Of a DNA stretch of 64,000 nucleotides, positions 50,310 to 60,800 are shown piece by piece. Where the stretch lies: positions 26,096,782-26,160,781 of the forward strand of contig NC_069006.1 of NCBI RefSeq assembly GCF_001194135.2, read 5' to 3'. The DNA comes from Octopus bimaculoides. Lineage: Eukaryota. The position numbers and the translations under genes were made by a program. Each line of letters opens with the position of its first letter. The stretch's first letter is position 1. The notes beneath the pieces were generated by a model. The model saw only the letters and a list, made by a program, of their open reading frames with translations, did not search any database and had not been told where the DNA came from.

Positions 50310-53300
50310 NNNNNNNNNNNNNNNNNNNNNNNNNNNNNNNNNNNNNNNNNNNNNNNNNNNNNNNNNNNNNNNNNNNNNNNNNNNNNNNNNNNNNNNNNNN
50401 NNNNNNNNNNNNNNNNNNNNNNNNNNNNNNNNNNNNNNNNNNNNNNNNNNNNNNNNNNNNNNNNNNNNNNNNNNNNNNNNNNNNNNNNNNNNNNNNNNNN
50501 NNNNNNNNNNNNNNNNNNNNNNNNNNNNNNNNNNNNNNNNNNNNNNNNNNNNNNNNNNNNNNNNNNNNNNNNNNNNNNNNNNNNNNNNNNNNNNNNNNNN
50601 NNNNNNNNNNNNNNNNNNNNNNNNNNNNNNNNNNNNNNNNNNNNNNNNNNNNNNNNNNNNNNNNNNNNNNNNNNNNNNNNNNNNNNNNNNNNNNNNNNNN
50701 NNNNNNNNNNNNNNNNNNNNNNNNNNNNNNNNNNNNNNNNNNNNNNNNNNNNNGGTGGGTGGGTGGGGCGTACATGAGAGAAAGAAGCAGTTTGTCACCA
50801 TTTTAGCTCACATGATGACAACGTGGACACACATGGAAACACTTACGTACATGTGTGTGTGTGTGTGCATATACACATACAATCACACACCACACACTGC
50901 CTTGTGGGTTTGTCTCCAAAATTCTACTGATGAGGCCTTCTGATGATCAAAGCCTGTTGTAGAAAACACTTGTCCCAGGTGCTACATGGTGAGATGGGGT
51001 GCTCATATGTCCTCCATATGAGCCGTATGAAGAAGCAATATGATCTCTGTGTGGCATACATTACTCAAATGCTGTATGTGTCTATTTTTGGTGTATTGGT
51101 GAAGTAGGTTAAAAGTTGAGAGCTATATGTTTGAAGTGATGGGCAAGGATGGAATGTCATACACACACATATGATGAGCTTCTTTTAGTTTCCTTCTACT
51201 AAATCCGTTCACAGTCCAAGGCTGTAGCGGAAGATACTTAGCCAGAGTGCCGCACGGTGATATTGAACTCACAGCCATGTGGTTGCCAAACAAACACCTC
51301 AACCACACAGCCATGCTTGTGCCCCCTCCATCCATCACTTGGTGTCCCTGTTGGTGATGGTGCCATGTAAAAAACAGACATCCAGTCCACTCTGTAAAGT
51401 GGTTGGCATCAGGAAGAGCACCCAGCTGTAGAAACCAAGCCAAAACAGCTGGCTGGAGCCTAGTGCTTCTCTCTCTCCCCCACCGCCAGCCTGGTGCCAG
51501 CTCCTGTTGAACTGTCTAATACATGTCAGCATGTGAAACGGACATTAAATGGTGATGGTGATGTAAACCCACATGCGCAATTCATATGCGCATGATTTTT
51601 GTCAAGTGATATTGTCACTTGAATGACAGGAAATGAGATGAAATGAGTTTTGGTTGTTTTGGAAGGACTTTGAGGCAACAACTGTTGCCATTGTTTTGAG
51701 GATGGAGCACGAAAAACTGGTGATGATGCTGCAACACTATATGGAAAGCATGAAACAAAGATGGTGACGATGGTGGTGATGAAATGCAGTTCAACAGGGT
51801 CAGAGTGAGAGGAGATTGTTGTTTCACAGCGTCAGAGCATAAGAGAGTCTTGGTGAAAGTTTTATAATAAAATTTGTGTCATAAAATGGAATCCTAATCA
51901 GGTTAATTTTTGTGGCATCAGATTAAATATGGACATTTGGCATTTCATTCGGTTTTACACAAATGCACAGTTAGAAAATTGGAGATATGTTTTTGTTTTT
52001 TTTTCCAATGTACAAAGAGGATAACAAGATGTGTTTACATCTGTTTCTAGTTCTATCTTGAAAAGACTTAAAACCTGTAGGTTGTCTACTTTAAAATTAA
52101 TTTTTCTAATACATAACTGCATTTGGCCATAAGTAGTTATTATTTAATCATGTCACTGACAAACATGCAATATGCAAATTGGTCTTGCTCTTTTGACTAA
52201 GTTTTGGTTTGTGGTGGACTTAAATAGCAATTTACTGTAAGTTCTCTTCATAGGTGGAAGAATGAAAGATGATTTGTCCACTGATGAGAAATGTCAGGGC
52301 AATTTCCTTCGTTTTTTTTTTCTATGTAGAAAGGGAATAACAAGATGCATTTACGTCTATTTACAGTTCTTTAGCAAAAGAGGATTTAAAACTTTAGTTT
52401 ATACACTTTATCTTAGGTTTTCTAATATATTCTGTGCTGTGCCTAATATTTATTATTATTATTATTATTAGAAATCATCATTATTGGCAAACTTTTTAGT
52501 ATTTAATTTTCAGTAAAATGAAACATTGTCTCTCCGTTGTTTAACAATGATTATTTTGTTGGTATTTAGATGCTGTCCAAACCTGGGCCTTACCCCATGA
52601 TTGTTCAGATGCAAGCAAATGGTTACCGGCTGGAAGAAGCAAGCCTCAACCCTGGCAAGGTCAAGCTAGAGACTTCAAAGTTTGAAGATGCTAAAGTGTA
52701 CCGCAAAGATTTTCGTGGTAAAGTAAGTGTTCCCGTTTTCTTTTCTTTTTTTGTTGTTGTTTTTGTTTTCTTATGTTTGGTGAGACAAAGAAGGGTCCAT
52801 TACTGATGGTCCATTACAGAATGACATTGTAGGGTAAGTGTAAAAGGCCAGACCTAGCCAGGTAGAATATTTGGGCTGGATAGAGCGGAGTCAATCCTTT
52901 AACATTCGGCCTCCTCTGTCGATTCTAAAACTTATTTATTTACATTGTTTTTTTAATTAATCATTCATTATCTTCTAGCTTCAAGATTTCTATGATACAT
53001 TGTATGTTTTAGAATGACATTGTAGGCTAGGTATGAGAGGTCAGATTTGGCCAGTTTGAACATAACATGGGTAGAATGTAAGCACTAGATACGGCTAATT
53101 CAACCCTTTAGAATTCAAATTACTCTGTCAAATGTAACACTTGATGTGATTGTTTATTTTTAGAATGACATTGTAGGGTTTGTGTGAGAGGCCAGATGTG
53201 GCTGGTTTGAAGATAAAACAGACGCAGTATTTGGGCCAGATATGGCTGGGTTCAAATGCTAAATGGTTAATCCATTACTTGGTTTTGGGGCCCTTAAATG

Positions 53301-56300
53301 GAATTGCTTCTGTTGTAAATCTTCAGATCAAGGTTTTCAGCCTGGGGATAAATTCTATGCACAAGTAACAGTTGAACACTGGGGTCGATGTAATCAACTC
53401 GTCCCCTCGCCCAAAATTGCTGGCTTTGTGCCAAAATTTGAAACCATTATTATTATTATTTTGTTTATTTATTTTCAGGAACATATTAATTACATAATGT
53501 ATGATGAAACCATTGGACCAATTGTGATGTCAATAAAGTTAGAAAATATGTCTTCATCAGAACAGATTTACATTATATTAAGGTAAAGAAAAATCTCTTT
53601 AATTACTGTTTATTTAATTAACAGAATCTGCTCCAGGACCCACCTCCCACCCATATATTCCCAATTTGAATCAGAATCATTAACTTCTCCAGAACTTTTT
53701 TCTTCTTTTCCTCCGCCTCATCATCATCATCATCATCATTATTAAATTGACCCCTGAACTTGACTTTTACTTTTTATTGACCCCAGAAGAGCAAACCTGA
53801 AGTCATCCTTGGCGGGATTTGAACTTGTAACCCAAAGGGTTGTCACTTGATATCACAAGTCTTTTGTCTGCTCTTCTCTCCATCCTGTTTGAGCACAGAA
53901 TGAATGTCACACCTTCCTCTTGCCAACATCCACAGAACTTGTTGTTTATTTTATTTGTGAGCCTGAGTCAGCTTACTCAAAGTCAGGTTTGGGATTGACT
54001 AGGTTGATTGACCTTTGACCCCATCATCTTGGGGGGGGGGCATCCATGTTGACTGACCTTTGACCCTGGACGCAATTTCAGTTAGATTTATTTGAGTTTC
54101 ATCTTCTGTTAATTTATTGATTCTGTCACTGTTTGTTGATTGATTGCTCTATTGATCTTTTATAGGACACGGCAGTTTACAAAACGGAAACTCGTTCAGT
54201 TCAATAAAAATGATAATCCGACACCACAGAGTCTAGCAAGGGTAAATATGGACCCTTTCCTTCGATTTTAGATTCATTAATTTTCTTTCACAATGTTGGT
54301 GTTGTTGGTGTTGTGAACTTGATCAAAAGTGATTCCATATATCGTGAATATAATAAAAGTTGACAATTTTTTTTTTTTATCTTAGATTTTTTTTTGTAAA
54401 CAAATAATACAATATTACATAAGCATTTTATTATGTTTCTTTCTTTTCTGGAAACTCGACGCGTACCGGCAGCTGATGGCTCACGGACCAGCACCGGGCC
54501 ACAGACCACTACTTCGAGCAGCACTGTCATAGGGTGTGAATTTAGAGTGATTTGGCTTCTATTTCTAGCCTTGTGAACGACTGTATTCAGTAGATATACC
54601 TTTGTGGGCATATCAGGCGCACTTAGTCCCAAAACATATCATGGGCCCTATGCAAAGTCGGGCCTACCATAAGCTTTAATATACTAAAAAACCTATTTTC
54701 CTCAATATGCCGAAGTTGGGAGACGTTTAATGTCTGCGTAAACCCAAAAGGTTTATCAAAGTTGTCTCCCTTGTGTTGAGAAAACGTTTTGAGATTAGCT
54801 TTTTTTTTAAGATGGTTTAAAATTGATTTGTGAAACAAAATTACTGAGCGGTGTAGCATTCATTAAAATTAAAATACTTTATTAACGAGCCATGATAAGT
54901 TCACACACACACACACACACACACAGTCTCTCTCTCTCTCTCTCTCTGTCACGCACGCACATATACACTCTCTTACGCATTCTCTATCTCTCACACACTC
55001 TCTCTCTCTCTCTCTCTCTATCGATCACATATTTAAACATTTCTGGCAATTTTAGACTAAATAGAATGACTGCTGCTGCTGTTTCCACAAGTTTGTCGTT
55101 TTAACGAAACACTATCAATGGTGTAAAAATGGCTGGTAAATCACAATTTGATTAAAAACAATACCAATTGTGGAAAATCTGATTTCTATGTATTTATTTT
55201 AAAAAGAAATTGCTTCCTACATTTTACAGGGTGAAAAACCATTCTCACTCTCTCCTTCCTTTTTGTCCCGTCTCACTTGACAATTCTACTAGAATTGGTA
55301 AAATGTAGTTTAATATCAACAGGCTGTAGAGATGTTAGCTGGGGAGAATTTTTAATCACCGCAAGATTAAGCCGTTCCGACCATAACCGTCTTGTCTTTA
55401 CGGTGATATCCATTCCACCGTATTCTTCTTATAGAGGAGCAAGAGTCGATACGAACAAGATTTGGTTGCCGTGTTTCGTATGTTGAGAAACCACCAGGAG
55501 GCGCTCTCGTTGACAGTTATGCATTTAGTAGCAAAGGGGAATAACTCTTACCTGTATATTCTCCAACTCTAACTTATTTTAGAATCTTTTCAGGTTTTTT
55601 ATTTTTACTTATCGATCTGTTTATTTATTTCAGGCCCTTCTTGATGAAATAAATGTTGAAAGGGTTTCACCTTCCTTATCACTCAAGGTAAGTCTCAATA
55701 TGTTTCCATCTTTAATTACCGGTATTTTCTTTCCTCTTTCTCTCTCTCTATTTCCACTCACACACTTTAGGTAATGCAGTGGAGTAAAAAGGTTGATTTT
55801 AGAATCAACAGTTCCCAGTCTTAGGGTGCACAACTTAAACTGGAAGACGCAATACAACTTTGAAATGGTCACAAATTCAAAATCTTTTACTGTTTGAAAT
55901 ATCTGGGAAAACGTTCCTGAATATATTAAACAGTGAGAGAGATTAGGTATGAGAGCCACAACACAGCATTTACTGGAGGTTTTATTATGTTATACTATAA
56001 GAAATTCTACATACAATGTTCAGTAACATTCACTAGAGAGGTATGAGGTCCACAACACAACATTTACTGAAAACCCAAAACAGAAATATTTTCCAAAGAA
56101 AAGTATTAGCCATTCACTTTGCTCTGCTATATTGTTGTTGTTGTTGTCTTGCAAATCCACTCTCAAGACTTTGGTTGGACTGTCGCTGTAGTAGAAGACC
56201 CTTGCCTAAGGTGCTACACAGTGGAACCAAACCCAGAACCATGTGGTTGGGAAGCAAACTTCTTACCACACAGCCTTGCCTGTGCCTATAACCTGAGAGT

Positions 56301-56690
56301 CTTGGAGAAATATATTGTTATCGCTTGATGCTTCCAGTTTTATATGGGGTCATCCGTTTATTGAATCAAGATATGTTTGAAGATTTAATGGGAAGAGAGG
56401 TTGCTATTGCCGTAAAGTCTTTTAGCCAAATGTTTGGTCTGGAGTTGGAAATAGTGACAGATGGACAAACAGTCAGACATGTCTTATAATTCCTATTTGA
56501 ACTTCTTTTTTTTATACAGGCATCTGACCTAATCATGGATTATGATGAACATGTTTTATGTACTACTTATAAGTTTGGCATCATTTACCAACGTTTTGGC
56601 CAGGTGAGATCATTTTGCAAATATTTTCTGAATGATTTTAAAGGGTTTATTTATATATACACACACACACATATATATACACACATACAT

Positions 56691-56721
<31 letters not shown>

Positions 56722-57777
56722 CCAATAGGTAGATAAGTTTGGTGAAGCAAGGATTTAGAACTCAAATCATGAGTATATATAATTTCTACCGATTATTGAC
56801 CCTTTAGCATTTAAACCAGTCTTATCCAGCTGAAATATTCTTTCTGTTTTGTGTTCAAACTGGCCAGATCCAGTCTCTCGCACCTACCCTACAATGTCTT
56901 TCTAAAAATAAACAATCACATCATCGAAATCTCAAAGCTATGAGATAATCCATGATTAATTGAAAACCATATGAATAAATAATTATGACATTTGACAAAA
57001 TAATCTGAATGCCAAAGGGTTAACGAGATAACGTGATTAGTATAAACTGTTGTTACAGAAATGTGAGATTAACTGGGGTTTTTTTGTGTTTTTAGAAAAT
57101 ATTACTTTTTTTTTTTTTATTTGAATTCTTTAGGTAAAAGAAGAAGACTTGTTTGGAAATAGGAACCATGGACCTGCTATGGACGAATTCTTAGAACTTA
57201 TAGGAGATCGAGTGAAGCTGAAAGACTTTCCTCANNNNNNNNNNNNNNNNNNNNNNNNNNNNNNNNNNNNNNNNNNNNNNNNNNNNNNNNNNNNNNNNNN
57301 NNNNNNNNNNNNNNNNNNNNNNNNNNNNNNNNNNNNNNNNNNNNNNNNNNNNNNNNNNNNNNNNNNNNNNNNNNNNNNNNNNNNNNNNNNNNNNNNNNNN
57401 NNNNNNNNNNNNNNNNNNNNNNNNNNNNNNNNNNNNNNNNNNNNNNNNNNNNNNNNNNNNNNNNNNNNNNNNNNNNNNNNNNNNNNNNNNNNNNNNNNNN
57501 NNNNNNNNNNNNNNNNNNNNNNNNNNNNNNNNNNNNNNNNNNNNNNNNNNNNNNNNNNNNNNNNNNNNNNNNNNNNNNNNNNNNNNNNNNNNNNNNNNNN
57601 NNNNNNNNNNNNNNNNNNNNNNNNNNNNNNNNNNNNNNNNNNNNNNNNNNNNNNNNNNNNNNNNNNNNNNNNNNNNNNNNNNNNNNNNNNNNNNNNNNNN
57701 NNNNNNNNNNNNNNNNNNNNNNNNNNNNNNNNNNNNNNNNNNNNNNNNNNNNNNNNNNNNNNNNNNNNNNNNNNNNN

Positions 57778-57809
<32 letters not shown>

Positions 57810-60800
57810 GGTCACTCGACAGTAAATCAAACGTCTATAAATGCTATTTGTAATTTTGTGTTGACTTGAATGGGAAAATGTGTTGCTGAAGAAGGACTCC
57901 AGCTTGAATAATTTTCATGATGTTTTAAGGTGGTGAGCTGACAGAAACGGAAGCATGCCAGGTGAAATGCTTAGTGGTATTTTGTCTGCCGTTAAGTTCT
58001 GAGTTCAAATTCCACTGAGATTGACTTTGCCTTTCATCCTTTCAGGGATCAATTAAATAAGTACCAGTTACGCACTAGGGTCGATGTAATTGACTTAATC
58101 CCTTTGTCTCTCCTTGTTTGTCCCCTCTTTGTGGGCAATAAAAAAATAAATTTTCATGCTGTTTCATATTTAGTTGCTTTTGTTAAATTCCTTCAGTTGT
58201 TAAACACGAATAAATCTTGGAATTCAATGGTTTTGATTGACTGTCAGCTGACCTTTGGCCAACCCTGTATTGTTTCTGTTGATTGTACAATTCTCTTCTC
58301 TATCCACCTCCATCGTTACATGTCCCTTAATTATTGTTCTCTTCTCTTCTTCTCTTTACAGTTACAGAGAAAACGACACATCGGCAATGACATTGTAGCA
58401 ATAATCTTTCAAGAGTCGAACACTCCATTTGTGCCTGGTGCCATTGCATCGCAATTTATCCATGCTTATATCGTCATTCAGCCAATTAACCCAAACACAG
58501 ATGACGTCAAATATAAGGTGAGATTCATATTCAAACACCACGTGCTACATGTTTAGGGAGTTGATGGTTTCATAGACAAAATGAAAGGGTTGGGTTCTGG
58601 GTTCAGTCTTGCTGCGTGGCACCTTGGGTAAGAGCCTTCTACTATAGGCTTAGGCCAACCAGAGCCTTGTGAGTGGATTGAGAAAATGTATTAATGGCTA
58701 CGAATTCTACTAATTATCTTCTTTAGTTTTCTCCTCCTCCTACTCCTCTTATCACTACCATTAAATACTAATTATGATGGTTGTTTTTTGTCAATAGGTT
58801 GCAGTGACTGCTCGCAATAATGTGCCATCTTTTGGCCCTTCATTGTCACAACCAGCTGTCTTCAACAAGGTAAGTTATTTCAGTTACTCAGATTATTTAG
58901 CAACATAGAGACTGCTTTGGCATAGCAATTGTGGTCTTAGAACTTGGTCCTTGGAAAAGAGTTTACCCTAGCTTCAGGTTGATCAAAAGCATTTGCTGGA
59001 AATCTACCAGGGACCTTCTTTTCGTATGTGGGTGACATATTGTATAAGATGGCAGAATCATTTAAGCGCGCCAAACAAAATGCTTTGCAGTATTTCACCT
59101 GCCTTCCTATTCCGAGTTCAAACTTCACTGAGGTTGACTTTGCCTTTCACCTTTTTTGGGGGTCAATAAAATAAGCACCAATTGATGGTCTTTTTTATCA
59201 AACATCCTGGCAGCTGAGACAATCAATGGAGGAGTTTTGTTGTTCAAAAACAGATTTATATTCTCTTTTATTTGTTTCAGTCGTTGGACTACGTCCATAC
59301 TGGAGCATCAGTTTTGATATATAGACATTGTTCTGAATTATCAATTTTTATCTTTTAGGGACCAGATTTTCGAGAATTTGTCCTCACAAAACTCATCAAT
59401 GCTGAACTTGCTTGTTTCAACGCAGCCCAATTCGCTAAACTTGGGGTAAATTTGATTTTTTTTTTTTATTTCACTATTTCAAGCAATAATTAGTTTGTTC
59501 CTCTCTCTCTCTCTTTCCCCTCCTTCCACACCAACATTACCCTTATCTGTGCCCCTCACCAAAGATTTTCTTTTTCTCGTTTAGGACCGAACTCGCGCTG
59601 CTTTGTTAGACTCACTCTATGATGACCTTGACAAGAGCAATGCCGAGATTTTCGGAGCATCAGGATCGAAACAAGAAGGAACGAAATTCATAAACTCCTT
59701 CAAACGAGTGTTGAGTGGGAAGACCAGGACGCAGCCTCTTGATTCTCGAGACAACAGGAAATCAAATGGTTTGCCTGCACACTTGCCAACGGTTGGTGAA
59801 GACGAGAAAACTCCACCAGTGGTGAGTCTGGACAATCATTATCGTCGTTTAGCCTCTGTTTTTCCATGCAACAACAACCAAATAAAAACTTGTTAAAAAC
59901 TTCAATGTTTATATTTCTTGCTTTTCTTTTTTCTTCCATCCAGGTCAAGAAATCCCCAACCAACTTCAACAGCCTCACTCGTAATTTCTCTGGAGGTTTT
60001 GACAAAAAGAACAAAATGTATGTTAAATCAGATTCTCTCTGAAGCATGCCTAAACGTTATCCTCTTCTTCTTCTTCTTCCTCCTCTCTGCACATAGCATC
60101 GGCAGCTGTTAACTTATCTGTCTTGTTGCATTTACTTCATGTTTTTATGTTTTGTTTCCTTTGAAATTATGTTTCTATAAACAGAGTTTGGATTGGTTTA
60201 GGGCAGTGGTTCGCAACCCTTTTATGTAAATTTGTTTTCCCATGACCCCCTTTTAATATGCTTATCCTTTATATATATATATATCATCATTGTTTAACCT
60301 CTGTTTTCCATGCTGGCATGGGTTGGATGGTTTGACTGAGGACTGGTGAAACCAGATGGCTACACCAGGCTCCACTCTGATCTGGCAATGTTTCTACAGC
60401 TGGATGCCCTTCCTAATGCCAACCACTCTGAGAGTGTAATGGGTGCTTTTTACGTGCCACCAGCATATATATATATATAAATAAATATATGTATGTATAT
60501 ATATATATATATCAAATTTTGAATTTAGTTCATGTACCCCCAGCGCTACCTTTGCAGACCATCAGGGTCCACAGACCCCAGGTTGGGAACCACTGGTTTA
60601 GTGGGTAAAAACAGGGGCAAGGAAAGAGTTTTAATGGTGGTGAGGAATGGCTGAGCCAAGCATGCAAAAGAAAATGTGGGGGAGACTAGACACAGTAGTG
60701 ATGGAGAAGGGTTAAGGTAAGTAAGTATATTTATTGAATAGGGTCAGTTGTAAGTTGGGGAACCAATGAAATAGCAGCAGAGGTGTGGATGGAGAGGAGG

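Noticed and set aside
50754-50768. G-quadruplex-like GGTGGGTGGGTGGGG
   Set aside because: It is a simple repeat at a gap edge, incomplete and without functional context.
52254-52300. Purine-rich exon-like segment after TTCATAG (GTGGAAGAATGA...)
   Set aside because: It has a stop after three codons in the required phase 0 and no convincing in-phase donor; it could be a poison exon, but this is unsupported.
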